In this document: positions 49,486 to 59,778 of the stretch, in pieces
How positions within the stretch are numbered: the stretch's first letter is position 1
How the letters are laid out: the number at the start of each line of letters is the position of its first letter
DNA from: Planctomycetota bacterium
GTDB taxonomy: Bacteria > Planctomycetota > PLA2 > JAEUHO01
Length of the DNA: 64,000 nt
Assembly: GCA_965222115.1 (NCBI GenBank)
Contig: CBDCTJ010000007.1
Coordinates: 2,624,001 to 2,688,000, forward strand
Reading direction: 5' to 3'
Translations under genes and position numbers: made by a program
The notes under the pieces: generated by a model
Told to the model about the DNA's origin: nothing
What the model saw: the letters and a program-made list of their open reading frames with translations, nothing else
The model's database searches: none

Positions 49486-50517
49486 CTACGAAGATGCCTT
49501 CGGCTGCTTCTTCACTTCTTCAACGATCGCGCGCGTGATGTCATCGGTGGTGCCATTCCCGCCTAGGTCAGGCGTCAATGCTTCCTTGCGATGGCTCGTT
49601 ACGGCGGCGACACCACGGCGAATGCGATGGTACGCATCTACATCACCCAAGTGATGACACATCATGGCAGCACTGAGAATCATTGCGATTGGATTGGCGA
49701 CACCTTTGCCCGCAATGTCTGGGGCGGTGCCGTGGATCGCCTCAAACACGGCGCACTCTGCCCCGTAGTTTCCGCCCGGAGCCAAACCGAGGCCGCCAAT
49801 CAGGCCGGCCGCCAGGTCGCTCACAATGTCCCCGTATAGATTTTCAAGAAGAAGAACGTCGTAACGGCCGGGATTGGTCACTAGGTGCATGCACAACGCG
49901 TCAACGAGGACATCGGTAAACTCGACGGTGCCCCTAAACGGTTCCGATGATTCTTCTGCACAGCGCAAGAACAGGCCATCCGCCTTCTTCATGATGTTTG
50001 CCTTGTGAACGGCAGTGACCTTCTTACGCTCCCAGCGCTTGGCGTAGGAAAACGCGAACTCGGCGATGCGACGACTGGCGCGATCTGTAATAACCTTTAG
50101 TGAGGTGACGACGCCCGGTGCAACCTCGTTCTCCATGCCGGCATAAAGGTCTTCCGTGTTCTCACGAACGATGACCAAATCGACGGGACCGTGCGACGTC
50201 TCGAGACCGGGAACCGTTTTCACCGGACGAACATTGGCGAACAGTTCGAGCGCTTTCCGCAGTCGAACGTTGGCAGATACGTGGCCACCGCCACTTGGCG
50301 TGGTCGTGGGTCCCTTGAGCGCTACCCCAATGTCCCGAACGAGATCCACCGTCTTTGTAGGCATGGCGTCGCCGTGCTTCTCAAGGGCGCACAGGCCGAG
50401 ATCAGCCTCGATCCAGTCAAAGTTCATCTCAGCAGCATCAAGCACGCGACGCGCTGATGCAGCCACCTCCGGGCCGATACCGTCGCCGGGTAGATAGACA
50501 ACACGTGTACCGCTCAT
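49486..50517 (-). CDS. Isocitrate/isopropylmalate dehydrogenase family protein (NAD-dependent IDH-like)
   Basis: PGDGIGPEV, ALKGPTTTP, RENTEDLY, HKANIMK, NLYGDIVSDL, FEAIHGTAPDIAG. Confidence 0.92.
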   Translation of the reverse strand: MSGTRVVYLPGDGIGPEVAASARRVLDAAEMNFDWIEADLGLCALEKHGDAMPTKTVDLVRDIGVALKGPTTTPSGGGHVSANVRLRKALELFANVRPVKTVPGLETSHGPVDLVIVRENTEDLYAGMENEVAPGVVTSLKVITDRASRRIAEFAFSYAKRWERKKVTAVHKANIMKKADGLFLRCAEESSEPFRGTVEFTDVLVDALCMHLVTNPGRYDVLLLENLYGDIVSDLAAGLIGGLGLAPGGNYGAECAVFEAIHGTAPDIAGKGVANPIAMILSAAMMCHHLGDVDAYHRIRRGVAAVTSHRKEALTPDLGGNGTTDDITRAIVEEVKKQPKASS

Positions 50518-50655
50518 GCGGGGTATCCTCCGAACACACCGCGTGGGGCGCGCGAAAAAAGGCTTTGTGAACGACGCAAAGTATCGAGCATTTCGCGGCG
50601 CGTAGCGAATTGTCCAGGCGCCCAATGCGCCCATTTCTGATGGAGACCGCCGATC

Positions 50656-52524
50656 ATGGAGCGCCGGCCCGGAGCTTTCCGACGCGTGCTGTCGGCGTTG
50701 CTGGGACAGGTCGTTCCCGCGTCACTCGGTCTCGTCGCTGGCTCGTTGGCACTAACCTTCGTCCCACTCAACAACCACGGCATTGGCGCCTGCATTGCGA
50801 CGTTTCTGCTGGTTTGGTTCTCCGCTGCCTGGGGCCTTGCACGCGTCCGCGAAAACAAACAATGGCGGCGTCTCTACCGTCTCGCCGTTTTCGGCCACGT
50901 ACTGTTTTGGTCCTACGTAGGCATCGCTGGATCTTCACTTCGTGCGCCCGGCGTGCCCCAAGTGCGACCCGGGACGCACGATGGCGCTGACATGGGTCAG
51001 ATTCGCGCGGGCGTCGGTGAAGCGGCGTTTGTCATTCCCAGGGATGTGACGCTTGGTGGTTGGGGTATGCGACCCCGTCGCTATCGTGTTCCCGCCTTTG
51101 GAGGTATAGGGATTCTGGGGCGCCTAAGTCAAGACTTCATGGCCGGGACGGGTGGCGACGGCATGCCGCGCAAGCCGCTCTTCTTTTCGGCCGCGAAAGA
51201 GGATGCGCCCCAGACGTTGGAACGCGTTGGCGCGCGCGCCATTTCGATTTCGTGTGGAGACGGCGTGCCAATGACGTGGGTGCGTCTAGATTTGGTCACG
51301 GTGTCGCCGGGACTCGTTGCAGACATTCTCACACGCGTCAAGAAGTCTCACCCGCGTGTGACGCCTGATCGTCTTGTGGTGGCCGCATCACATACGCACA
51401 GTTGTATGGCCGGGTATAGCGAGCAACGCCTCTCCGCGCTTGCGGGTACGGACCATCTTCGTTCAGACGTTCGAAAGGCAGTCGCCGACGCGGCTCTTCA
51501 GGCCATTTCTATCGCCTGGTCAACCCGCTCGGCTGCTCAGCTAGCACCGTTTATGACGCATGATCGTTTGGCAGATGGACGTAGCGCGCTTGCCCGCAAT
51601 CGGCGTAAGAAGAATGACACCGACATTGACGATCGCGTCTTTGGGATACGTGTCGACTCGCAGGCTAGGGAGACGATTGCGATTCTGCTGAACTACGCCG
51701 TTCATCCAACGGTCCTAAAACGACATACATGTTCCCTTCACCGAGACTTGGTGGGGTCCGTAGAGGAGGCGGTTAGTAAGACGATTCCCAGTCGACCGAT
51801 GACACTCTTCTTGAATGGCGCGCAGGGCGATATTGGACCTGCACGCATCGAGGGGTATTCGGATGAGTTTCGTGCCGACGCGCTTGCCGAACGATTTGCC
51901 CGCGTCCTAAAGGACACGGTCACTTCCGCGGCGCCATACACCCATGGACGTATGCACACCGCGTTTGCAACGTGCGATCCAGGGTCCCCCTTTGCGATTG
52001 TTGCTGGTGAAGACCGCGCGGGTTGGGCGGAGCGATTTCGGTCGGGATACGTCGAGGGATCCACGAGTCAGTCGATCTGTGACGTGCTTTCGTATCCTGG
52101 CAACGCGCTTCTTTGGAGTATTGGGCTATCTGAAGCGCGCGTTGCATTCGATTTTGGTGGAGGCGGTGCAACGATGGTCTCACTGGATCCATCGATGGAA
52201 CAAACCGAGCTGCAGGTCGGCGCGTGGATACTTGAGCTGGGTGATTCGACCAATGTGAGGTTTCGTACAGTAGGTGTGTGGCAGCCCGGCGAAGCAACAC
52301 AGGCGCTGGGCAAGTCATGGCGCGCCATGGCCGCGTCACGTGGCTACGACCATTGCATGATTGCCGGACTGGCTGGGGGTGCGTGTGCCTACTTGACCAC
52401 GCCAGAAGAGTATGACGCCGGGGGCTACGAGGCACTTGCCACCCTCTATGGCCCCCGCGGCGGCGAGTTGATCGGTGCGGCGTTTGAGGGTGCGTTGGAT
52501 GCGTGTGATCCGAAGGGTGAATAG
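50656..52524 (+). CDS. Membrane-anchored neutral/alkaline ceramidase-like protein
   Basis: Three N-terminal TM helices, ASHTHS, NYAVHPT, FLNGAQGDI, YLTTPEEY..GGYEA. Confidence 0.75.
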   Translation: MERRPGAFRRVLSALLGQVVPASLGLVAGSLALTFVPLNNHGIGACIATFLLVWFSAAWGLARVRENKQWRRLYRLAVFGHVLFWSYVGIAGSSLRAPGVPQVRPGTHDGADMGQIRAGVGEAAFVIPRDVTLGGWGMRPRRYRVPAFGGIGILGRLSQDFMAGTGGDGMPRKPLFFSAAKEDAPQTLERVGARAISISCGDGVPMTWVRLDLVTVSPGLVADILTRVKKSHPRVTPDRLVVAASHTHSCMAGYSEQRLSALAGTDHLRSDVRKAVADAALQAISIAWSTRSAAQLAPFMTHDRLADGRSALARNRRKKNDTDIDDRVFGIRVDSQARETIAILLNYAVHPTVLKRHTCSLHRDLVGSVEEAVSKTIPSRPMTLFLNGAQGDIGPARIEGYSDEFRADALAERFARVLKDTVTSAAPYTHGRMHTAFATCDPGSPFAIVAGEDRAGWAERFRSGYVEGSTSQSICDVLSYPGNALLWSIGLSEARVAFDFGGGGATMVSLDPSMEQTELQVGAWILELGDSTNVRFRTVGVWQPGEATQALGKSWRAMAASRGYDHCMIAGLAGGACAYLTTPEEYDAGGYEALATLYGPRGGELIGAAFEGALDACDPKGE

Positions 52525-52594
52525 GTGGCGGGAAGGAAGTAGATCCTGCGAAACAGGCCGGATGGAGTCTGAAGGATTCGTGCGTATTTCCTTA

Positions 52595-52764
52595 CCGTTA
52601 CCCGAAACCCGAAACCCGGGCTCAAGTGTGAGCGCTCAATGATCGATTCACGCCGGGTCGTCGAGAGTGAATGGCTTTGCCATTTGCACGAAGACCCTGA
52701 GTAAGCACCAGCGGATCTCTGATCCGCGCAGTGCGCATCAAAGGGTGCGCATCGAAGGGTGGAC
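52595..52764 (+). repeat. Repeat module: heptamers + X + Y with zero internal GTGGAC units
   Basis: ...GATCGATTCACGCCGGGTC is joined directly to GTCGAGAGTGAATGGCTTTGCCATTTGC. 14-nt duplication GTGCGCATC(A/G)AAGG. Ends in GTGGAC. Confidence 0.9.
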
Positions 52765-52810
52765 CTCAAGTAGCGTAATAGTCGTATGCGTTCGGTACCG
52801 ATGGACCACC

Positions 52811-52965
52811 GAACTGTTTGCTGTGTGACGTGAACGCGCACTGGGCAACACCCTTTGAGAAGTGCTACGTGCATGCCCCATTCGCCATGAGGGCGAGGGC
52901 ACGCACTCGCATTCCCGCGGGTGTTTCCTCGTGGAGTTTCTCGTATGTCACACAGCAAACAGTTC
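52811..52965. ncRNA. Conserved structured leader B, copy 2
   Basis: GAACTGTTTGCTGTGTGAC (52811-52829) is the exact reverse complement of GTCACACAGCAAACAGTTC (52947-52965). Confidence 0.62.
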
Positions 52966-53331
52966 TCGATTACTTCCACGGCAGGTCGGCTTGAACGTTT
53001 CGACGTGTATCGAATCGCACGCCGTGCCGCGGCCAGCATTCACCAGCTTTGTGGATCCCTGCCGCGAGGCAACGCCGAGCTTGCAAGCCAAGCTCGACGA
53101 GCCTCTACAGCCGTCGTCCTCAACATCGCCGAGGGCATCGGGCGCGCTGGCGCAGGCGCCAAGCACCGTTCGTTCTCCATCGCTCGCGGCGAGTGCGTCG
53201 AGGCCACCGCGGCACTCGACCTCATGCACGCGATGGGAATCCTTACAGGCGCCCACGCCGCGCCAACGCTTCGCGACCTTGACCGCGTTCGCGCAATGTT
53301 GAACGCGCTCATCCGGCGCTGGAGGGAATGA
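52945..53331 (+). CDS. Four-helix bundle protein, subfamily B copy 2
   Basis: 128-aa close paralog of 45016-45402. Confidence 0.88.
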   Translation: MSHSKQFSITSTAGRLERFDVYRIARRAAASIHQLCGSLPRGNAELASQARRASTAVVLNIAEGIGRAGAGAKHRSFSIARGECVEATAALDLMHAMGILTGAHAAPTLRDLDRVRAMLNALIRRWRE

Positions 53332-53339
53332 GGGGGTGT

Positions 53340-53572
53340 CCCGTTACCCGAGACCCGTTACCCGGACTCAAGTGTGAGCCTCTGATGATCGATTCGCGCC
53401 GTTCGTGGACGTGGACGTGGACGTGGACGTGGACGTGGACGTGGACGTGGACGTGGACGTGGACGTGGACGTGGACGTGGACGTGGACGTGGACGTGGAC
53501 GTGGACGTGGACGAAACCCTGAGTAAGCACCAACGGATCTCTGATCCGCGCGGTGCGCACCGAACGGTGGAC
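53340..53572 (+). repeat. Repeat module: heptamers + X + (GTGGAC)18 + Y lacking first hairpin
   Basis: 18 units at 53405-53512, then GAAACCCTGAGTAAGCACC...GGTGGAC. Confidence 0.93.
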
Positions 53573-53578
53573 ATGATG

Positions 53579-54283
53579 CTAGTTCAGTTCCGGTCGTGTC
53601 CCTGGAGGCACAGGAGGGTCACTTGCGTAGGCTTGTTTTTCTAGATACGAAACGAGCTGGGTGAAGCGTTTCAAGATGTCGGGCTCGGCCAATAACGCAT
53701 AGCGTTCATTAGGTTCAAGATCGCTAGCCGTGGCGACGGCATCCGCGTAGCGGCCCGGGCTCGCGTCCACGCCGCGGGTTTGATTGGCCATGCGGCGCAT
53801 TTCCCAAATGATGTTTTGACGGCCCGGGAGCATGTCGAGTGCGCGCTTCATAGCCTTTGCGATGTCGCCCGATTGATCGGGGCGCATGGTGTCACCAATG
53901 ACTTCGACGCGCGCGCGACGATACGGGTCGTGTGGAATCTCATCGACAATGCGGGCGCGGAAAAGTCCGTAGAGCAAAATGTCGCACTTACCGGTGGGCT
54001 GTTCGTGGTGGCGAAATATTTGCCCCACCGTAATGACGTCGTGAATCGGTGGGTTGCCGAGGTAGGAATCGTCAGCGTCGTCCCAGCCGGGCTTGAGCAG
54101 CGCGGTGGCGATGAGGCCGTCGTCTTCGAGGGCGTCGGTCACCATCTTCACGTAACGCCGTTCATAGACTTTGAGGGGCGCAAGGCCATCAGGAAAGAGC
54201 ACCAGATTAGGTAGGGGAAACAGGCGTACGTCCCCGGAGAAGTTCTCCAGCACCATCTTCAAATTCAGGGGCGGCTTCTGCAT
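53579..54283 (-). CDS. LON peptidase substrate-binding domain protein
   Basis: LFPLPNLVLFP...PLKVYERRY, with no ATPase or protease domain. Confidence 0.85.
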   Translation of the reverse strand: MQKPPLNLKMVLENFSGDVRLFPLPNLVLFPDGLAPLKVYERRYVKMVTDALEDDGLIATALLKPGWDDADDSYLGNPPIHDVITVGQIFRHHEQPTGKCDILLYGLFRARIVDEIPHDPYRRARVEVIGDTMRPDQSGDIAKAMKRALDMLPGRQNIIWEMRRMANQTRGVDASPGRYADAVATASDLEPNERYALLAEPDILKRFTQLVSYLEKQAYASDPPVPPGTRPELN

Positions 54284-54322
54284 CGCCGTACTATACCCGC
54301 TGGTTCACCCCGGAGTCGGTCC

Positions 54323-55147
54323 ATGCAACATGACGCGCTCGAGTCGCTGCTGCGCGATGTTCGCGAGGGCTCGGTCGATGTGGCCACCGCCATGGGGCGC
54401 ATTTCGGGCGTTACAAACGCTGCACCAGCCTTTCAAGCAGAAGCAGTGATTGCGCGCTTGGACGCGAATCGTGCCGATCGCTGTGGATTCCCGGAAGTGA
54501 TCTATGGTGAATCCAAAGAGCCGAGCGACTTGGCTCGACTTGTACGGGCGGCCCTGGACGCGTCCGGTTCGTTGCTGGTTACGCGTGCGGATAGGCGACG
54601 ATTTGAGGCGGTCTTGAACGCCGTACCGGTCGCGATGTATCACGAACGCGCTCGCTGCATCACCGTCATGCCTGAGGCTCCGACGGAATCTCGAACGGGC
54701 GTATTGATCGCCTGTGCCGGTACAAGTGATGTGCCGGTGGCTGAAGAGGCGCGGGTCACGGCCTCAATGATGGGGGAGGCACCCGAAACGCGCTACGACG
54801 TGGGCGTGGCAGGACTTCAACGAATCCTGGCAGAGCTCGACACGCTACGAATGTCGCGCGTCATTGTGGTCGTAGCGGGTATGGACGGGGCGCTTCCGAG
54901 TGTGGTCGCGGGACTGACCGCGGCGCCCGTTATCGCAGTACCCACGAGTGTTGGGTACGGCGCGGCATGGCAGGGCGTGGCGCCCCTGCTCACCATGCTA
55001 AATGCCTGCGCTCCCGGCGTGTCCGTGGTCAATATCGACAATGGCTTCGGTGCAGGCTACCTGGCCGCAACCATCAACGCCATGGCTTCCGCGCATCCAG
55101 AACATGCGAGCCACCAATCTCTGAAGCGTGCGGTGCCCTCCGAGTAG
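54323..55147 (+). CDS. larB: Nickel-pincer cofactor biosynthesis protein LarB
   Basis: GFPEVIYGESK, AGTSDVPVAEEA, DVGVAG, AGMDGALPSVV, PTSVGYG, VVNIDNGFGA. Confidence 0.93.
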   Translation: MQHDALESLLRDVREGSVDVATAMGRISGVTNAAPAFQAEAVIARLDANRADRCGFPEVIYGESKEPSDLARLVRAALDASGSLLVTRADRRRFEAVLNAVPVAMYHERARCITVMPEAPTESRTGVLIACAGTSDVPVAEEARVTASMMGEAPETRYDVGVAGLQRILAELDTLRMSRVIVVVAGMDGALPSVVAGLTAAPVIAVPTSVGYGAAWQGVAPLLTMLNACAPGVSVVNIDNGFGAGYLAATINAMASAHPEHASHQSLKRAVPSE

Positions 55148-55157
55148 CCTCTCGGGC

Positions 55158-56339
55158 ATGAATGCACCCTCACCGGCCACCCTCGTTCTTGCCGACGGGT
55201 CGGTCTTTCACGGACGACACTTCGGCGCCGACAAAGCGCGCGCGGGCGAAGTCGTGTTCAACACGGCCATGACCGGATACCAAGAGATCGCGACCGATCC
55301 GTCGTACGCGGGGCAAATTGTCTGCATGACGTACCCCCACATCGGCAATACCGGCGTGAATGACGAAGACCTCGAAGCGGCCCACCCGTGGATCGAGGCC
55401 TTCGTCGTGCGCGAACATTCGCCGATTGCCAGCAACTTTCGTTCGAACAACACCTTGGATGGATGGCTCAAGGCACACGACATCATTGGCATAGAAGGTG
55501 TTGATACGCGGCGCCTCACGCGTCATGTACGAACTATGGGAGCCATTGGCGGTGTCGTCGGCGGACCGGGAAGCAAGACCGACGCACTTTTGGAACAAGC
55601 GAAAGCGTTGCCTTCAATGGCCGGCATGGATCTTGTGACCACGGTGACATGCAAAGAGCCGTATTCCTTTGGTGAAGCGTGGCCCGAGCCATGGTTCCCT
55701 TCGCCAGAACACATCGGACAAGGACGCGACGGTGTTGGGCCTTCGAAGGCCGATTCGCTCTCGCCCAAGTCGGTCGTTGTCATGGACTTTGGTGTGAAAC
55801 GCAACATTCTTCGTTCACTTCGTACCTTTGGCTTAGAGCCTTACGTGGTTCCTGCCTCGACCTCAGCCGCCGACATTTTGGCGCGTAATCCCGACGGCGT
55901 GTTTTTTAGCAATGGTCCGGGAGATCCCGCCGCCGTTACCTATGCCATTGACACCATCAAGGAACTGCTGGGCAAGGTTCCCACATTCGGGATTTGCCTC
56001 GGGCACCAACTGATGGCGTTGGCGGCGGGGGCAAAGACCCGCAAGCTCAAGTTCGGTCACCGCGGCGCCAACCATCCCATTCGCGAACACGCCACGGGTC
56101 GCATAGAAATCACGAGCCAAAATCACGGCTTTGTGGTGGAAGAAGAGAGCCTGGGCGGCACCCCATTCAAGCCTACGCACACCAACCTCAACGACAACAC
56201 CAATGCCGGCATGGCCAGCGAGGCCCTACGCGCATTCGCCGTCCAGTACCACCCCGAGGCCGCCCCCGGTCCACGCGACGCCGGGCATCTGTTTTATCGC
56301 TTTCGCCAGCTGATTGAAGGTAGTGCAACGTTGGTGTGA
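55158..56339 (+). CDS. carA: Carbamoyl-phosphate synthase small subunit
   Basis: GEVVFNTAMTGYQE, SNGPGDP, GICLGHQ, ITSQNHGF, VQYHPEAAPGP. Confidence 0.97.
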   Translation: MNAPSPATLVLADGSVFHGRHFGADKARAGEVVFNTAMTGYQEIATDPSYAGQIVCMTYPHIGNTGVNDEDLEAAHPWIEAFVVREHSPIASNFRSNNTLDGWLKAHDIIGIEGVDTRRLTRHVRTMGAIGGVVGGPGSKTDALLEQAKALPSMAGMDLVTTVTCKEPYSFGEAWPEPWFPSPEHIGQGRDGVGPSKADSLSPKSVVVMDFGVKRNILRSLRTFGLEPYVVPASTSAADILARNPDGVFFSNGPGDPAAVTYAIDTIKELLGKVPTFGICLGHQLMALAAGAKTRKLKFGHRGANHPIREHATGRIEITSQNHGFVVEEESLGGTPFKPTHTNLNDNTNAGMASEALRAFAVQYHPEAAPGPRDAGHLFYRFRQLIEGSATLV

Positions 56340-56363
56340 CCCCAGTGAGCTTCCTCGCGGTTG

Positions 56364-56465
56364 CCCGTTACCCGTGATGCGCGGCCCGACACCCGTTACC
56401 CGATACCCGGACTCAAACGTGAGCGTACGATGGTCGATCTGTGCAGCGCGCATCGAACGGTGGAC
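56364..56465 (+). repeat. Degenerate repeat module (heptamers + X fused to tail of Y)
   Basis: CCCGTTACCCGATACCCGGACTCAAACGTGAGCGTACGATGGTCGAT...GCGCATCGAACGGTGGAC. Confidence 0.85.
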
Positions 56466-56467
56466 GG

Positions 56468-56842
56468 TCAGGGACCGCCGAATTTGTGTTGAAGCACGAA
56501 CAACATGGCGGCGGCGCGTTCTAGGGTGTTCATCGCCTGCGACGTTGCGCGCTCGCTTGCGATTCCAAGCAGCTGGGCGTGATGCAGCGCAGCGATCGCT
56601 TCGGTGCACTCGGCGTGGGCGATGTCGTATGCCTTGCGCTTCTCGGCGGGGCGGCGCTTCGCCAGCCCCTCTGCGACGTTGAGTGCAACGCTGGTACTAG
56701 CGCGCCGGAGTTGATCGGCGAGTTTTGCGTGGCCTCGAGGCCATGTTGCGCAGAGCGCGACGCACTCGACTGCTGCTGCCTGCGAAGCACGGTAGACATC
56801 GAAGCGTTTGAGGTAATGGAGCGTGGAAGACGCGCTTGTCAT
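56468..56842 (-). CDS. Four-helix bundle protein, subfamily A copy 3
   Basis: 124-aa close paralog of 9936-10310. Confidence 0.88.
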   Translation of the reverse strand: MTSASSTLHYLKRFDVYRASQAAAVECVALCATWPRGHAKLADQLRRASTSVALNVAEGLAKRRPAEKRKAYDIAHAECTEAIAALHHAQLLGIASERATSQAMNTLERAAAMLFVLQHKFGGP

Positions 56843-57000
56843 GATGGAACTCCAGCGTGAAGGGAACGCAAGCCGTTTGCTCGCGTGTGCCCTTCACAAA
56901 AGAGCCGAAGGCGAAGGAGGGCACACGCGAGCGGGTCGTACAAAAAGTCCCCTCGTGACAGCGACAACTCGTTCTCAAGCTGGAGTTCCATCACAAGCGC
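56832..57000. ncRNA. Conserved structured leader A, copy 3
   Basis: GCGCTTGTCATGATGGAACTCCAGC / GCTGGAGTTCCATCACAAGCGC. Confidence 0.6.
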
Positions 57001-57041
57001 AGCCCGCGCGTAACGGTCGCGCATGCCTTGCCCGCGGCCCG

Positions 57042-57345
57042 CCCGGAATCCGTCACCCGTATCCCGTCATCCGGACTCAAATGTGGACATCCGATGATCG
57101 ATTCACGCCGGTTCGTGGACGTGGACGTGGAGAGCAGATGGGCGAAGCCCATTTGCGCGAAGACCCTGAGTAAGCACCAGCGGATCTCTGATCCGCGCAG
57201 TGCGCATCGAAGGGTGGACGCAAATTGGTGCCGGGCGCGAACGTGCGTGCCCCGCGACCCGTTCCCCCGTACCCCGAGCCCCGATTCCCGTCACCCATCA
57301 CTCGTTACCCGACACCCGGTCGCCAGTGTGAGCGTTCAATGAACG
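57042..57345 (+). repeat. Repeat module: heptamers + X + (GTGGAC)2 + Y, followed by a second degenerate heptamer + X block
   Basis: GTGGAC x2 at 57115-57126. Y ends at 57219. Second heptamer run from 57251. Confidence 0.9.
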
Positions 57346-57454
57346 ACTTGCAGTGCAAATTGCCACCGGGAGCGAACTCCGCGAATTGCGCTCATTTTGA
57401 GTCGTTCCCCGTCATCTGCCCGGGTAGAATCCGCTTTTACACGGAGAATGCGCC

Positions 57455-58777
57455 ATGAGCGTAACCTGTGTCTTTGGTATGCACTGGGGCGACGAGGGTA
57501 AGGGGCGCATTGTAGACCTGCTCGCCGCGCAGTCCGATGTGGTTGTCCGTTTTCAGGGTGGCGCAAACGCGGGCCACACCGTCATTGTGGACGACCAAAA
57601 ATATGTGCTTCACCTCCTGCCCTCGGGCGTGATTCAACCCAGCACGATCAATGTGATCGGAAACGGCGTCGTGGTGGATCCCGAAGTCGTGCTGGCCGAA
57701 ATCGACGAGCTTGTGGGCCGTGGGATCAAGCTCGATGGGCGTCTATTCATCTCGGACCGCGCCCACGTTGTGCTGCCGCATCACAAGTTGCTTGACCGTG
57801 CGTTTGAGGCGTTGCGTGGCGATGGCGCGCTGGGCACGACCTTTCGCGGCATCGGACCTGCATATTCGGACAAAGCGAGCCGAGACGGCGTGCGGATCGT
57901 TGACTTGCTTGAGACCAAACGTTTTGCTCCGGCGCTCACCATGGCGAAGCGCTACGGCGATCCGATTCTTGAGAAGGTGGGCATGGACCCCATCGACGTG
58001 GACGCGTCGGCAAAACAACTGTCCGCGTGGGGGAAACGATTGCGCCCCTTTGTTCGCGACACGGTTTCGTTTCTTCTTGATCAGCAAGAGAAGGGCGTGC
58101 GCATCTTGCTCGAAGGTGCGCAAGGGTACGCACTCGACATCGATCACGGCACTTATCCGTTTGTTACGTCAAGTAGTACGTGCCCGGCGGGTGCGGCTGC
58201 AGGCACGGGGTTGCCGCCGCGCGCGATCGACGAAATGGTTGGTGTTGTTAAGGCCTATAGCACGCGCGTGGGCGCTGGACCATTTCCCACGGCAGCGGAA
58301 CCGTCGGTCGCGGAACATCTTGGCAAGCACGGCGCCGAATTTGGCGCTACGACCGGGCGACCACGGGGCTGCGGCTGGTTCGATGGCGTGATCGCGAAGC
58401 GTGCCATTGAAACGCAGGGCGTCGATTCTGTTTGCCTCATGAAGATGGACGTGCTCTCGGGACTCACCGAAATCAAGGTGTGCACGGCCTACACATACCA
58501 AGGAGAAACGCTTACTGCGCCGCCGGCTTGGATTGGTGACTGGGACGACCTGAAACCGGTCTATACCACCTATGACGGTTGGAACGAGGACATTTCTGGC
58601 GTTCGGCACTTCATCGACTTGCCGGTCGCGGCGCAACATTACGTACATGCGATTGAATCGTTCCTCAACACGCCCATATCCATTGTGAGCGTGGGGCCGG
58701 AACGCGATCAGTTTATTGACATGACGCGTCCGCATCAATCTGTAAAAAACGTGGGTTCCAAAGTACAGGCCGGATAG
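57455..58777 (+). CDS. purA: Adenylosuccinate synthase
   Basis: WGDEGKG, GGANAGHT, EGAQG..LDIDHGTYPFVTSS, EFGATTGRPRGCGWFD. Confidence 0.97.
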   Translation: MSVTCVFGMHWGDEGKGRIVDLLAAQSDVVVRFQGGANAGHTVIVDDQKYVLHLLPSGVIQPSTINVIGNGVVVDPEVVLAEIDELVGRGIKLDGRLFISDRAHVVLPHHKLLDRAFEALRGDGALGTTFRGIGPAYSDKASRDGVRIVDLLETKRFAPALTMAKRYGDPILEKVGMDPIDVDASAKQLSAWGKRLRPFVRDTVSFLLDQQEKGVRILLEGAQGYALDIDHGTYPFVTSSSTCPAGAAAGTGLPPRAIDEMVGVVKAYSTRVGAGPFPTAAEPSVAEHLGKHGAEFGATTGRPRGCGWFDGVIAKRAIETQGVDSVCLMKMDVLSGLTEIKVCTAYTYQGETLTAPPAWIGDWDDLKPVYTTYDGWNEDISGVRHFIDLPVAAQHYVHAIESFLNTPISIVSVGPERDQFIDMTRPHQSVKNVGSKVQAG

Positions 58778-58806
58778 CGGCCTGGCACGAAAGAGGCACG
58801 TCGCGC

Positions 58807-59715
58807 ATGACCAGCGATTCCACGTCTACGTCAAAGAGCAGTCGCGATGTGCGCGTGCGACTCGTCGTAGCACCCATCGTCTTGGCCGTCGTATTGGGCA
58901 CGATCTGGCTCGCTGAACACTTCGAGTCGCGCCTTCCACTTCATCTCTTGATCATGTTTTTTGCCATTGGTTCAGGCATTGAGTTTGTGCGCATGCTTGC
59001 GCCGTCAGGGACAAGCGAGCGCCTCAAGGGCGGAGCGTTGGCGTGGATCACGTGCGGACTGCTTGCGGGGGTGGGTTTGATCGAGCTTCTGCGGCCCACG
59101 TCAAGTTACGTCGCCGATGCGGGTCTGCGCATGGAACTGCGCGTACTCATCGTCATCGCATTCACCTGGTGCATCTTGGTGGGCAAGTACTTCTTGGATA
59201 CACGTCACAAATCCACGTCCGAAATTGGCCGCGTCTTTCTGCCCGTGCTCTACATCGGCCTACCGCTCTCGCTAGCATGTGAAATTTGTGCTGGCCCTCT
59301 TGCGGCGCGTCGGGTCATGTGGGTGGTCTTGGTCGCCAAAGCGTGTGACATCGGTGGCTGGGTATTTGGCAAGCTGTTTGGCAAGCACAAAATGGTGCCC
59401 ACCGTGTCGCCAGGAAAGTCGTGGGAAGGCACCACGGGGGGCATTGTCCTGAGCATCGCCGCGGCGGTATTCCTTCCCGACCTATTCGGATTGCCTGAGT
59501 CCGAGTGGTCCGTAGCGATGCGCGTGGGATTCGGATTCATGGTGGGGGCGGCCACCATCTTGGTGGGCGTCACGCAAAGCGGATGGAAACGCCGTGCAGG
59601 CGTCAAGGACTCAAGCGCCCTGATTCCGGAGATGGGCGGCATCCTCGACATGACCGATTCGCTGCTCTTTGCGGTTCCGGTGGCGTATCTGTGGTATCGA
59701 TTTGTGGTGGCGTAG
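58807..59715 (+). CDS. cdsA: Phosphatidate cytidylyltransferase
   Basis: VSPGKSWEG, KRRAGVKDSSALIPEMGGILDMTDS. Confidence 0.92.
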   Translation: MTSDSTSTSKSSRDVRVRLVVAPIVLAVVLGTIWLAEHFESRLPLHLLIMFFAIGSGIEFVRMLAPSGTSERLKGGALAWITCGLLAGVGLIELLRPTSSYVADAGLRMELRVLIVIAFTWCILVGKYFLDTRHKSTSEIGRVFLPVLYIGLPLSLACEICAGPLAARRVMWVVLVAKACDIGGWVFGKLFGKHKMVPTVSPGKSWEGTTGGIVLSIAAAVFLPDLFGLPESEWSVAMRVGFGFMVGAATILVGVTQSGWKRRAGVKDSSALIPEMGGILDMTDSLLFAVPVAYLWYRFVVA

Positions 59716-59778
59716 TTGAACGCGTTAGAGTGGCCGGCCCTTTCGAAGACATATCATCAAAAGCACCACGAGTTCCAC

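Noticed and set aside
54323-56339. larB without larA/C/E and carA without carB
   Set aside because: Split operons are common and the partners may lie outside the window.
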